Below are positions 1 through 9,268 of a stretch of DNA of 64,000 nucleotides, piece after piece (the stretch's first letter is position 1; every line of letters begins with the position of its first letter). A program made the position numbers and the translations under genes. Below the pieces are notes generated by a model that was not told the DNA's origin, ran no database searches, and worked only from the letters and a program-made list of their open reading frames with translations. The DNA is from a virus (taxonomy: Duplodnaviria; Caudoviricetes): IMG/VR virus record IMGVR_UViG_3300021255_000136, positions 17,434 to 81,433 of that record; one strand, written 5' to 3'.

Positions 1-1125
1 AAGTCAGACAGGATAGCGGCACTGGATGCAGATGCTGATATCTATGTTATTAACCGCGAGAATGTCCAGTGGCTTGTGGAATATACGAACGGGATCTGGC
101 CGTTTGATATGGTTATCATAGATGAGCTGTCCAGTTTCAAATCCCCCCAGGCTAAGAGATTCAAGATGCTGAAGCGAGTGATCAAGCAGTGTGATTATGT
201 TTGGGGTCTGACAGGTACACCGGCATCGAACGGATATATGGACCTATGGGCTCAGATTTATCTGATCGATAATGGCGAGCGACTGGGTAAGTTTATCGGT
301 TCGTATCGGCAGGAGTTCTTTTACGCCGGTGCTCACAATGGGTTCATCGTCTATGAGTACAAGCTGAGAACCGGAGCAAAGGAGAAGATAGACAGAAGAC
401 TTTCGGACATCTGCCTATCGATGAGTAAAGAAGATTGGCTGCAGATACCGCCGCTTATCTTTAATGAAGTCCGAGTTAAGATGACGAAGAAAGAACGGAA
501 AGTATATGAGCAGTTCGAAGTTGATAAAGTCCTGCCTCTTCTCGAGAGCAAGCTGGGATCAATTGATACCATGGACTCCGCAGTTGTTGGGGAGACAGCA
601 GCAACGCTCTCCGGGAAGTTATTGCAGATGGCAAACGGAGCAGTCTACGATGACAACGGAGGGGTCTTTCACCTCCACGATCAGAAGCTGGATGCGCTCG
701 ATGAAATCGTAGAGGCGTCACAGGGCCAGCCGATCCTAGTGTTCTACAGTTATAAGCATGACGTAGACAGGATAAAAGCGCGGCATCCGGAAGCAGTTGT
801 GCTGAAAGACAGCGCGGATATCCAGAGATGGAACAACGGAGAGATACCAATGTTACTCTGCCATCCTGCTTCTGCAGGTTACGGTATCAACCTGCAGGAA
901 GGATCACATATCATGGTGTGGTTTGGCCTCCCCTATTCATTGGAGAATTATCAGCAGTCTATCGCCCGTCTGCATCGGCAGGGGCAGGAGCATCCGGTTA
1001 TTGTCCATCACATTATCTGTGAGGGTACGCTAGATGAGAAGGTGCTGAAAGTACTACAGAGTAAGAACGCAACACAGAAATCATTATTAGATGCACTAAA
1101 GAGGTACATTAAACATGACGATTAA
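1..1125 (+). CDS. SNF2-family (SF2) phage helicase, 5'-truncated by the window edge
   Basis: Frame 1 is open from base 1 (KSDRIAALDADADIYVINRENVQWL). Motifs DMVIIDELSSFK (Walker B), GLTGTP, GYGINLQ and QSIARLHRQGQ. Confidence 0.9.
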   Translation, partial: KSDRIAALDADADIYVINRENVQWLVEYTNGIWPFDMVIIDELSSFKSPQAKRFKMLKRVIKQCDYVWGLTGTPASNGYMDLWAQIYLIDNGERLGKFIGSYRQEFFYAGAHNGFIVYEYKLRTGAKEKIDRRLSDICLSMSKEDWLQIPPLIFNEVRVKMTKKERKVYEQFEVDKVLPLLESKLGSIDTMDSAVVGETAATLSGKLLQMANGAVYDDNGGVFHLHDQKLDALDEIVEASQGQPILVFYSYKHDVDRIKARHPEAVVLKDSADIQRWNNGEIPMLLCHPASAGYGINLQEGSHIMVWFGLPYSLENYQQSIARLHRQGQEHPVIVHHIICEGTLDEKVLKVLQSKNATQKSLLDALKRYIKHDD

Positions 1126-1486
1126 AAACATTTATATCGCAGACGACGGCGAAGAGTTCGAGACCGAGGAAGAATGCCTCGAATATGAGGAACAGCTGAG
1201 ATGCATCGACGGTGTGGATATGTTCACCTACACATTCGAAAAATGTAACCAGGGTGGACTCGAAGCATTTGAACATGCGACGTATATGTTCATCAGTGAT
1301 CCGGATAGAGCGGAGAAGTACTTTGAATATGTACAGAGGGAAGGTGGCTATGATACACCAGGCTACTTTATTCCCGGGGACTGTCTCAGATATGATGAGC
1401 GTTCTGATAGCTGGGTCAACATGCGTGATGAGATCCAAGAGCTGCAGGACAATCTTCTCAAGCTGATGATGCAGGTGGACAAATGA
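1115..1486 (+). CDS. hypothetical phage protein
   Basis: 123-aa ORF overlapping the stop of the previous gene and the start of the next; typical phage N-terminus IYIADDGEEFETEEECLEYE. Confidence 0.75.
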   Translation: MTIKNIYIADDGEEFETEEECLEYEEQLRCIDGVDMFTYTFEKCNQGGLEAFEHATYMFISDPDRAEKYFEYVQREGGYDTPGYFIPGDCLRYDERSDSWVNMRDEIQELQDNLLKLMMQVDK

Positions 1487-1908
1487 AAGACCTGCGTCTA
1501 TATGAGAAGCACAACGGCAGTAATCCAGTCGAGTACGGTTTCGGCCGGGAGTGGGTAGCAATGGCAATGTACATGGACGACTACCCCAGGTTCTACAACG
1601 AGGACGACGCTGTCCTCTACTGGTTCCGGACAGTCAGGGAAGAGGATGTCCTCGACTGGTACCACAACGACTATAAGAAGTACATGGAGGAACAGTATGC
1701 AAACAATAAAGCAGCCGATGATCCAGATCAACTCGACGAACCCGGCAGTGATCCAGGGGATGAAGCTGATGGCTCAGGCGAAGAAGCAGAAGGAGAAGCG
1801 GGAGAAAGAAGCGGAGAAGCAGAAGACGAAGAGTCCGCAGACGTGGGCGATAGACTTCGACGGGACGATTACTACTGGCGGGGCTTGGCCGAATATTGGG
1901 AAGCCTAA
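1483..1908 (+). CDS. hypothetical protein with an acidic tail that overlaps the next gene
   Basis: ATGA coupling to the upstream gene; the last 212 nt overlap the HAD gene in another frame. Confidence 0.55.
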   Translation: MKDLRLYEKHNGSNPVEYGFGREWVAMAMYMDDYPRFYNEDDAVLYWFRTVREEDVLDWYHNDYKKYMEEQYANNKAADDPDQLDEPGSDPGDEADGSGEEAEGEAGERSGEAEDEESADVGDRLRRDDYYWRGLAEYWEA

Positions 1909-2188
1909 CGTCAACCTCATCGAGTTGCTGAAGTTGGCCCGGACTATGGGAGTCAAGCTGATCCTGTGGACGAGCCGAGAGGGACACTACCTTGACGAGG
2001 CAATTGAGTTCTGCAGGGACTACGGTCTGGAGTTCGACGCAATCAACGACAACCTTCCAGAGACGAAGGAGCATGTCGGCGGGAACCCACGGAAAGTGAT
2101 AGCGCATCTGTTCATCGATGATCGTGCGTTCCACTTCTGGGGTGAAGAAGGAGAGAGAAAGCTTTGGGAGTTAGTGCAGAAGCTGTAA
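1697..2188 (+). CDS. HAD-superfamily phosphatase (phage PseT/BT0820-like)
   Basis: GGAGG RBS upstream of ATG 1697; motifs AIDFDGTI (DxDGT), ILWTSR and FIDDRA. Confidence 0.8.
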   Translation: MQTIKQPMIQINSTNPAVIQGMKLMAQAKKQKEKREKEAEKQKTKSPQTWAIDFDGTITTGGAWPNIGKPNVNLIELLKLARTMGVKLILWTSREGHYLDEAIEFCRDYGLEFDAINDNLPETKEHVGGNPRKVIAHLFIDDRAFHFWGEEGERKLWELVQKL

Positions 2189-2631
2189 GATCTTTCCTCG
2201 AATCCGCCCTCCTGTTCTCTTCCCTATCCGAAGACCAGCGGAACAGATACCTCACAATGTATGAGGCAGCTACCAAAACCACCACGGCTATAACAGGGAT
2301 GCCGGGTGGTGGAGGATCTGATCGGAACATGACGCTGGCCAACCTCGGTGACGCCGAGAGTAGTCTGCATCGGTGGGAAGAGATCGTTGAGAAAAAACGA
2401 AATGTAATTCGGCAGTTTTTAAAAGATGCGGAAATCGATTCATATTATAAGGACATCCTCTGGCGAAGGTACATCATGGGAGCTAGCTGGGATATGATCC
2501 TTCTGATACTAAGGGATAAGCATGAATTATCCCAGCGAAAGTTATTCTATGACCACAACAAAGCCCTCGAAGCTGCAGCTGCCTGGGTGAATGAAACTGG
2601 TAAATATAAAGAAGAGGTACTTAACAAATGA
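2164..2631 (+). CDS. RinA/ArpU/DUF1492-like late transcription regulator (start uncertain)
   Basis: C-terminal sigma4-like HTH pattern ILWRRYIMGASWDMI...SQRKLFYDHNKALE, typical of this family. Confidence 0.6.
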   Translation: MGVSAEAVRSFLESALLFSSLSEDQRNRYLTMYEAATKTTTAITGMPGGGGSDRNMTLANLGDAESSLHRWEEIVEKKRNVIRQFLKDAEIDSYYKDILWRRYIMGASWDMILLILRDKHELSQRKLFYDHNKALEAAAAWVNETGKYKEEVLNK

Positions 2632-2939
2632 CAAGACAAGAGATACTAGAGAACGCGCTTCAGTGTGTGAACGGTGATCGCGAGCAAGACTATGGTACTC
2701 CGGAAACAAATTTTCTTTCCATTGCTGCTATGTGGAACATTTACATAGCCAGGATCGGGCATCGGCTTTTGGATGCTAAAGACGTTGCTGCCATGCTTTC
2801 CATGCTGAAGATCATCCGCATCGCATCTGGCCATGCTAAAGCTGACAACTGGATTGACCTCGCAGGATATGCAGCTTGCGGTGGAGAGATCGAGATCAGC
2901 GCACTGGAGAATATGGCAGAGGTTCCTGCCGATGAGTGA
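2628..2939 (+). CDS. DUF6378-like phage protein
   Basis: Pattern A..CVNGDREQDYG.PE.NF..IA.MW...LK.IR...DNWIDLAGYAA. Confidence 0.7.
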   Translation: MTRQEILENALQCVNGDREQDYGTPETNFLSIAAMWNIYIARIGHRLLDAKDVAAMLSMLKIIRIASGHAKADNWIDLAGYAACGGEIEISALENMAEVPADE

Positions 2940-3090
2940 GCCTCATTACATGAGCTACGGTAAGCTGGAACTTTTGCCAGAGCCTGGAGATAAGTTCCGC
3001 CTACTGATCGATGGCAAAGAGGTACGGCGCGGAATTCGTAGGAAGGATGTGCCGAAAGCAATAGCAGAGGAGTTGGAGAAGTATGAGTAA
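2932..3090 (+). CDS. small hypothetical protein
   Basis: Overlap-coupled start at 2932, in frame with the 2833..3090 ORF. Confidence 0.55.
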   Translation: MSEPHYMSYGKLELLPEPGDKFRLLIDGKEVRRGIRRKDVPKAIAEELEKYE

Positions 3091-3442
3091 GTTCAGCGGT
3101 AAGTGTGATCTGTATGATTGGTTTGGCATGATCGCCTGTGAACCTGGGGAGACTCCGTTCGAATGTTACAAGCGTTTAGGCTCAGAGATTTTTTATTCAT
3201 ATGGTGGGGATGATCGTCCTGTTCGAATTGAGAAGCCCTCCGATCTGGTTATGTTCTATCCGTTTATTGCTGGCGCACACATCTATTCAAAGGACGGGGA
3301 TGATATACACTGGATATCTAAGGGGAGTTATCTTGCAGACATTTGTATGTATGCTCCTGCTACAGCAGCCAGGTACTTACAGGATCTTCTGGATGAGTAC
3401 TGGAGGGTAAGAGATGCCGAAGACCCGAAGTACACAGGATGA
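3083..3442 (+). CDS. hypothetical phage protein
   Basis: GGAG RBS; translationally coupled 119-aa ORF (MSKFSGKCDLYD...). Confidence 0.7.
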   Translation: MSKFSGKCDLYDWFGMIACEPGETPFECYKRLGSEIFYSYGGDDRPVRIEKPSDLVMFYPFIAGAHIYSKDGDDIHWISKGSYLADICMYAPATAARYLQDLLDEYWRVRDAEDPKYTG

Positions 3443-3776
3443 GATAGAAGAGTTTCTGACCGTCGAGGAATACAAACCGATGGTCGAGAAACTGGAAGAG
3501 CAAGTAAGGAACAGAGAAGTAAAGATAGCTGCTCTCGAGTCAGAGCTGAAGGCCCAGCAGGACAAAGAAAAAGAGCACAGGCAAGCGGATCTCAACAACA
3601 CCTATGCGTGGATGAGCGAGGCCATGAGACTGAGGCGGCTGTCGGAAATGCTAGGTGAGGACTTAATGGAATATAAGAAACGAGCGGAGAAAGCGGAACG
3701 CGGATTGCGTAATATGCAGAAGTGGATCGAGATCTCCGGCGAGAAAGGAGCGCCCCGTGGACCAGAATATCTCTGA
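3414..3776 (+). CDS. coiled-coil hypothetical protein
   Basis: 120-aa E/K/R-rich heptad ORF filling the operon gap. Confidence 0.6.
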   Translation: MPKTRSTQDEIEEFLTVEEYKPMVEKLEEQVRNREVKIAALESELKAQQDKEKEHRQADLNNTYAWMSEAMRLRRLSEMLGEDLMEYKKRAEKAERGLRNMQKWIEISGEKGAPRGPEYL

Positions 3777-3951
3777 AGAAGTATGGATCGGCCCATACGA
3801 TGACGCTCCGGATTGCGTATATAACGATTGTGTTGGTTGTTATTACCATCATTGTGAGGATTGTGGATGGAACCCCTTCGTGTCCCTTGCCCGCGTCACA
3901 GTAAAATACGGTGAGAAAGCTGCGGACCATTTAACGATGAACGCAGGCTAG
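3757..3951 (+). CDS. small Cys-rich hypothetical protein
   Basis: GGAG RBS; C..C....C..CGWNP pattern. Confidence 0.55.
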   Translation: MDQNISEEVWIGPYDDAPDCVYNDCVGCYYHHCEDCGWNPFVSLARVTVKYGEKAADHLTMNAG

Positions 3952-3961
3952 GGAGGTATTC

Positions 3962-5920
3962 GTGAATATTACAATAACAGAATTCACGAGCAGGAGAAAT
4001 CCTAACGGTGTAGTAAAGAACACCACCTGGTCTGACCTGGTCAAGCGGCTGAAGACTCCGGTCTATACTGAGGAGTCAATCGATGAATACTGGGCGATGT
4101 CAAACGAGGATCGCACAGACGCAAAGGATGTAGGCGGATATGTAGCCGGTGAGTTTGAGGGCGGCAAGCGTGAGAAGAAACTGCTGAAGAGCAGATACAT
4201 TCTTACCATCGACGCGGACGATGCAACCGATCATGACGTTGAAGACTTCCAGTTCATGAACGAGCATGTGATGTTCTTCTGTCACTCCACCCATACCAGC
4301 ACCGAAAAGAATCCTAGACTCAGGTGGCTGTTCCCTCTGGCTCGTCCGGTAACAGCAGAAGAGTATAGAGATCTGGTAGGAATCGTGGCCTCCTGGGTTG
4401 GTTCGAGTACCATAGACGAAACGACAGACCAGCCTGAGCGTCTGATGTTCTGGCCATCCGTTTCATGGGATGCGCACTACGCATACTGGGAGGGCGGAGA
4501 TACTCCCATCGATCCGGACGAGATACTGGTCGAGGTAGATCCCGGAGAAATGCAGCCTGTCGAGTACTCCCCCACAACATCATCGGATACTACAATAGTT
4601 TTTGATGATGACGGGAAGATCCCCCAGGGTATGAGGAATAGAACAGTGTTCCGGTACGCATCCAAACTCCGCGAGGCCGGGCTTGATGCAGATATCATTC
4701 TTGAGTCGATCCGTCTGTTCAATGAGAAGTATTGCGATCCTCCCCTTCCAGACACCGAGCTGAAGACTATCACCGGCTCTACGAATAGATTCCCCAAAGG
4801 CGAGAAGATCACAGCGGATATGTACACCGCTGATGATGACTTCAATGATATGGGCGAGTCTAAGAAGAGGCAGCTCGCTCCTCCTCTGGAGAACGGCAAC
4901 CAACTTCTCAGCAGGTACATCCAGCCAGCAGTTTTCCTCGTGGAGGACATGGTGACTACGGGACTGGGAATGGTGGTAGCTCCTCCGAAGTTTGGCAAGT
5001 CGTGGTTCGCACTTGACCTGGCTATCTCTATAGCAACAGGCCGAGAGTTCTTCGGGAAGAAAACAGTTAAGTCCGGGGTTCTGTACTATGCCTTGGAAGA
5101 TAACGACCGTCGAATTCAGAATCGTCTGGACGAGGTATCCGGAAAGGATAAGGAGCTTGCGTGGTTCTATCATAAAGAAGAGGCCCCGACTATGGACGAA
5201 GGACTATTCGATGAGATCGATGCCTACCTCAAGATGTATCCGGAGATTAAGTTCATCGTGATCGATACCCTGCAGAAGGTCAGGCCACCTGCCAAAAGAT
5301 CTGAGGGCGCATACTCCAACGACTACAATGACGCAGGTAAGATTCAGAAGTACGCGCTGAAGAGAGACATCTCGATTCTGCTTGTCCATCACACGAGAAA
5401 GATCATAGATCCAAACGATCTGATCGGAAACATCAGCGGCACGAATGGTCTGTCCGGTGCTATCGACTATGCGTTTGGTATGTCCAAGAAGAAGTGGGAT
5501 GATGACGAGGCAAAGCTTGAACTCACAGGCCGAGACATCAATAAGCAGACGTACATGATGACCTTCAACCAGATTTCTTACCGCTGGGAGAACCTCGGAT
5601 CAGAGAAGCAGGTAAAAGAGTCCGAGGCCGATAGGATGTATAACGAAGATCCTGTTGTGAAAACTATCAAGTATTACCTTGATCTCGTTGAAGAAGAGAC
5701 AGATGAAGACCCGGTAGTCTGGAATGCTACAGCCAAGGAACTATATGACAACTGCTTACAGCTGTACCATACAGCCGGAGAAGGCACAGACTCGAAGCAG
5801 AAGCTTGGTATTAGAGTAAACGCTTTAGCCGAAACTCTCCAGCGTAGAGATGATATCGTTGTGTCGAAGGGGCATGACCGGAGCGGTAACTATTACATCT
5901 TTACCAGAGACCGTTTATAA
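3962..5920 (+). CDS. primase-helicase (VirE-type N-terminal primase domain, PriCT-1, AAA_25/RepA-like helicase)
   Basis: GGAGG RBS and GTG start; KDVGGYVAG...TIDADD and FWPS primase motifs; GMRN...FNEKYCDPPLP.EL (PriCT); Walker A APPKFGKS; Walker B IVIDTLQ; LLVHHTRK. Confidence 0.85.
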   Translation: MNITITEFTSRRNPNGVVKNTTWSDLVKRLKTPVYTEESIDEYWAMSNEDRTDAKDVGGYVAGEFEGGKREKKLLKSRYILTIDADDATDHDVEDFQFMNEHVMFFCHSTHTSTEKNPRLRWLFPLARPVTAEEYRDLVGIVASWVGSSTIDETTDQPERLMFWPSVSWDAHYAYWEGGDTPIDPDEILVEVDPGEMQPVEYSPTTSSDTTIVFDDDGKIPQGMRNRTVFRYASKLREAGLDADIILESIRLFNEKYCDPPLPDTELKTITGSTNRFPKGEKITADMYTADDDFNDMGESKKRQLAPPLENGNQLLSRYIQPAVFLVEDMVTTGLGMVVAPPKFGKSWFALDLAISIATGREFFGKKTVKSGVLYYALEDNDRRIQNRLDEVSGKDKELAWFYHKEEAPTMDEGLFDEIDAYLKMYPEIKFIVIDTLQKVRPPAKRSEGAYSNDYNDAGKIQKYALKRDISILLVHHTRKIIDPNDLIGNISGTNGLSGAIDYAFGMSKKKWDDDEAKLELTGRDINKQTYMMTFNQISYRWENLGSEKQVKESEADRMYNEDPVVKTIKYYLDLVEEETDEDPVVWNATAKELYDNCLQLYHTAGEGTDSKQKLGIRVNALAETLQRRDDIVVSKGHDRSGNYYIFTRDRL

Positions 5921-5938
5921 TTTTCAACTAAAAGTTTG

Positions 5939-5990
5939 TTGACTTTGTCCGTATGTGTAGGTTACAATGTGGAGGAAATCAATCCTCCAC
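5939..5990 (+). promoter_or_regulatory. sigmaA-like promoter and 5' UTR hairpin of the integrase gene
   Basis: TTGACT (5939)-18 nt-TACAAT (5963), followed by the inverted repeat GTGGAGG...CCTCCAC. Confidence 0.5.
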
Positions 5991-6021
5991 TAAGCCTGCA
6001 AGCTAACAGGAGGAAAAACAA

Positions 6022-7125
6022 ATGGCCAATAAAAAATTAGTTAAAGTATCTCTTCAGCTCCCGGACAAGAGCAGAAAGTACTTTTACGGAAAGACAAAGA
6101 AGGAGGCAGAGCAGAAAAGAGAAGAAGCAAAGCGGAAGCTTTTTATGGGATTCGATGTGGGCAACACCACCACATTCGAGGAACTGGCTGACCTCTGGCT
6201 CACAGAGTACAAGGCCCAGCGCAAACTCCATATACGGACAAAGGAATCCACTGAGGACATAGTCAAGCGGTACATCCTGCCAGAGCTTGGAAGCAAAAGG
6301 GTAAAGGATATCAAGCCAGCAAATATCGACCGCATGCTGCTGAACATCTCTCACCTGTCCAAGAGTACACAGGAGAAGGTTCTGACGTATACGAACAAGA
6401 TCTTCAACAAAGCTGTAGAGAACGATATCATTCCTCACTCCCCCGCGTTCAATAAGAAGCCTACAGCGGATAAGCCAGAGAAGGTAAGGCCGCTCACCGA
6501 CGCACAGTGCGAGGCTTTACTGAAAGCAACAAAGGGAACCAGGGTGTACCCGTTCATCGTTGTCTGTCTGTTCAGTGGTCTGCGCAAAGGCGAGGCAGCC
6601 GGACTGATGTGGAAGGATCTGGACTTCGAGAACCGGATGATCCATGTTGAGAGATCTATCGTATGGCCGAAGTCCAATCGCCAGGGCGAGATCAATACTC
6701 TAATGAAATCTGATGCAGCCCATAGAAAGATCCCGATGGCACCGGAGATCTACCAGGTTCTGAAGCCACTGAAGTCAGGAAGCAAATCCCTGTACGTGTT
6801 CCCCTGCAAGACCGGCGGCTTCATGACAGCGGAATCCATCCGTAGTATGTGGAGCTTCGTAACGAACCGGACAGTCGGTGGGCCGAGTACAGGATATCAT
6901 CTCAAGCCAACACTGGACTTCCATGTTACACCGCATGTCCTGCGCCACACCTGCTGCACGAGATGGATCGCCAATGGGATGCAGCCTAAAGAAGCACAGT
7001 ACCTCATGGGCCATGCCTCGCCGGATATCACGATGGCTATTTATGCAGAATATATGGCTGAACAGGAATTGCCTAAGACCGCAGAAAAAATTAATTCCGA
7101 GAATCTCCGGCTGGCTCTGGGATAA
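6022..7125 (+). CDS. int: tyrosine recombinase (phage integrase)
   Basis: N-terminal arm-binding-like segment; SGLRKGE (catalytic R), KS, HVLRHT, MGHASPDITMAIY (catalytic Y). Confidence 0.95.
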   Translation: MANKKLVKVSLQLPDKSRKYFYGKTKKEAEQKREEAKRKLFMGFDVGNTTTFEELADLWLTEYKAQRKLHIRTKESTEDIVKRYILPELGSKRVKDIKPANIDRMLLNISHLSKSTQEKVLTYTNKIFNKAVENDIIPHSPAFNKKPTADKPEKVRPLTDAQCEALLKATKGTRVYPFIVVCLFSGLRKGEAAGLMWKDLDFENRMIHVERSIVWPKSNRQGEINTLMKSDAAHRKIPMAPEIYQVLKPLKSGSKSLYVFPCKTGGFMTAESIRSMWSFVTNRTVGGPSTGYHLKPTLDFHVTPHVLRHTCCTRWIANGMQPKEAQYLMGHASPDITMAIYAEYMAEQELPKTAEKINSENLRLALG

Positions 7126-7310
7126 AAAATTTGTACCACATAAATGTGGTACTCCTGTGGTAGTACTACCACATAACCACCACACGGCAGCGAACTCTGG
7201 CTTTGTACCACGTAAGTACCACGCAAAAACGACAACAGTAGCTATACATTCGCAACATTTGTTTACTATATTTTATCATGTTTGCAACAAATGTGAAATT
7301 AATATAGTAA

Positions 7311-7357
7311 AAAAAGTTCCCAGATTCAAGCGATTTACTTAAATCTGAGAACTTTTT
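7311..7357 (-). terminator. intrinsic terminator downstream of the tRNA fragment (can act on both strands)
   Basis: Inverted repeat AAAAAGTTCCCAGATT...AATCTGAGAACTTTTT with T-runs on both strands. Confidence 0.7.
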
Positions 7358-7361
7358 GAAG

Positions 7362-7405
7362 TGGCAGCGGGAGAAGGATTCGAACCCTCACATACGGAGT
7401 CAGAG
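7362..7405 (-). tRNA. 3' half of tRNA-Gln(CUG), serving as att core; not a complete tRNA
   Basis: Minus strand reads CTCTGACTCCGTATGTGAGGGTTCGAATCCTTCTCCCGCTGCCA: anticodon loop CTG, T-loop GGTTCGAATCC and CCA end. No D-arm or 5' half. Confidence 0.85.
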
Positions 7406-7587
7406 GAAGCCTGTCCTAAACCTCCAACTGCCAAGTAATCACTGGTGGTTTAGGCATGTAACAATTTGTAATACCACATAAATACCACAGCAAAAGTTTA
7501 ACATAAAGATTTATTTATAAAACAGCAGATGCTTAGTTACGGATTGATTTCATTTTGTAGTATTTATATTCTAAGAAAGGAACGTTT

Positions 7588-7848
7588 TTGATGGAATTCA
7601 ATAAGAAATATACACTCGTAATGGAAGTTTATTCAAACGTAGAAGGGCTTCCGGGGGCTTATGCCACTGCGAAAATTGAATCAAACGACGGTTCGATAAG
7701 CAAAAGCAGAGCCTGGATCGACAAGGAATTTCCCACAAAAGAAACAATTGGAGATTTCTTTCACGAGCTTTTCGACGAATTCGTCCCCCGAAAAACGGCG
7801 GAAGAACCGGCGAAACCTGTAGTAAAGAGAGGTAAAAAGAATGGTTGA
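7588..7848 (+). CDS. hypothetical protein
   Basis: AAGGA RBS; 86 aa; coupled to the next ORF. Confidence 0.65.
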   Translation: MMEFNKKYTLVMEVYSNVEGLPGAYATAKIESNDGSISKSRAWIDKEFPTKETIGDFFHELFDEFVPRKTAEEPAKPVVKRGKKNG

Positions 7849-8086
7849 TCGTATTCCGAAACAGGAGATAGCTTTACATCATGAGGAGGATGTGTGGCCA
7901 CTTGTAAAGGTGCTGATTGATAACAACTATGTCGTGATGGTAAGCCAGGAGGAAGAGCTCTGGATTATCAATTATATATGGGCAACGTATTCAAGCCAAG
8001 CAAATAGGAACGATGTTGTATTCATGCCGATAGACGATTTCGAGATGAATTTCTACGAGCGGTGTGACGACGAGGATGAGGAGTAA
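7841..8086 (+). CDS. hypothetical protein
   Basis: GAGG RBS; 81 aa. Confidence 0.7.
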   Translation: MVDRIPKQEIALHHEEDVWPLVKVLIDNNYVVMVSQEEELWIINYIWATYSSQANRNDVVFMPIDDFEMNFYERCDDEDEE

Positions 8087-8103
8087 ATTTTTTTAATTTT
8101 CTA

Positions 8104-8132
8104 TTGACTCGAATTGAGTCATGTGATATGAT
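8104..8132 (+). promoter_or_regulatory. sigmaA promoter overlapped by a palindromic operator
   Basis: TTGACT-17 nt-TGnTATGAT; inverted repeat TGACTC-N5-GAGTCA at 8105-8121. Confidence 0.65.
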
Positions 8133-8166
8133 TCATTTAGAAACATACGAATGAGGAGCAAATGCA

Positions 8167-8565
8167 ATGCAGGAAGAATGGCGCGTTATAGAAGAGTATC
8201 CGATGTACTCTGTGAGCAATACATGGAAAGTCCGGAACAATAAAACCGGAAGGATACTGAAGACAAGTGGAAAAGGAACTGTGGTTCTGTACTCTGGCAG
8301 TAGAGACACGCGTGTCGATAAGAGTGTATATGGTCTGTACCTTAAAGCTTTTGAGGGCTATCCGAGTGAGACGCGTGGTCGAACCAAGATCCGGGTTATT
8401 GAAACGGACGAGATATACTACAGCTATAGAGAGACTTGCGAAGGACTTGGCCTCCCCAGCTGCTATGCCAACTCTATCTGTACCGCTGTGTACCATAAGC
8501 GAAAGGATGGAACGAAGCGAACGGTGAAGGGATATACCTTTGAACTTGTGGAGGATGTTGCGTAA
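8167..8565 (+). CDS. NUMOD4 plus NUMOD1-like DNA-binding protein with no HNH motif
   Basis: EEWRVIEEYPMYSVSN..KVRN (NUMOD4); IRVIETDEIYYS..E....LG...KGYTF (NUMOD1/IENR-like HTH); no H-N-H residues between them. Confidence 0.6.
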   Translation: MQEEWRVIEEYPMYSVSNTWKVRNNKTGRILKTSGKGTVVLYSGSRDTRVDKSVYGLYLKAFEGYPSETRGRTKIRVIETDEIYYSYRETCEGLGLPSCYANSICTAVYHKRKDGTKRTVKGYTFELVEDVA

Positions 8566-8985
8566 ATGTATAAGAGTCCGTTGATATTTGATAAGAGACC
8601 GGACCAGGGTGTAATCGATCTGTGCGAGAGGATGGCTCAGGAAGCTCTGGATATGGCAGTCGGTGAGCAGGTCAGCCAGTTGGTAGGCATACGCGTAGAT
8701 GCTGTAGAACTTCGTAAAGCTCTGAACTATGACCGGGATATGTATAACAAGGGCTATCAAGACGGTGTCGAGTATGCAAAACACAAACAAGTCGAAGCCG
8801 AGTGGGAGCCAGAAAAGAAAGAAGAGCCAAAGCCGGAGAAGCCGAAGCCTGAAGGATACGGGGAATGCTGGGCCTGTCGGTATGCGGCATGGGATGGTAA
8901 GGAGAAAGACTGGTTGTGTAATAGTGTAGTACTCTGCACTGGCGGTCAGTGTTGGAAGAGCAGGAAGGTTGAGGAAGATGGCTGA
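8566..8985 (+). CDS. hypothetical protein with C-terminal CxxC
   Basis: GGAGG RBS; 139 aa. Confidence 0.7.
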   Translation: MYKSPLIFDKRPDQGVIDLCERMAQEALDMAVGEQVSQLVGIRVDAVELRKALNYDRDMYNKGYQDGVEYAKHKQVEAEWEPEKKEEPKPEKPKPEGYGECWACRYAAWDGKEKDWLCNSVVLCTGGQCWKSRKVEEDG

Positions 8986-9268
8986 GTATTGGAAAAAAGA
9001 AGACGTGCTAAAAACGATAAGTGATCTGAGAATAGATACTGTCGATCCAAGAGTTCGATATGCTTTCTGCAGATTGCAGGAGATGGCCAGTAAGTATCTT
9101 TGGAATGTGATCCCAGCCGCTGATGTCGTCGAGCGGAGATCGTGTAATACGTGCAAATACTATGAAGGAGTACATAATGCCCAAGGCTGTGCGCCATGCT
9201 CATTTTTAAATATTGGCTGTATTATGTGGAATGATTTTTGCTCACGATGGGAGAAAGAAAATGGCTGA
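8978..9268 (+). CDS. hypothetical phage protein (MAEY...PAADV...CxxC family)
   Basis: GAGG RBS; IPAADVV motif and CNTCKY. Confidence 0.65.
   Translation: MAEYWKKEDVLKTISDLRIDTVDPRVRYAFCRLQEMASKYLWNVIPAADVVERRSCNTCKYYEGVHNAQGCAPCSFLNIGCIMWNDFCSRWEKENG

Larger units (their letters stand above)
7133..7491. mobile_element. attP region: arm-type TACCAC repeats on both sides of a tRNA-derived core
   Basis: TACCAC(A/G) and its complement are repeated at ~7134-7223 and ~7472-7489 (TACCACATAAAT on both sides), flanking the core. Confidence 0.75.

Noticed and set aside
7362-7405. Functional phage tRNA gene
   Set aside because: Only the anticodon loop to CCA is present; the sequence upstream cannot form the D-arm or the 5' acceptor strand.
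8137-9156. 339-aa minus-strand ORF
   Set aside because: It is antisense to three well-supported plus-strand genes with RBSs and shows no recognisable motif.
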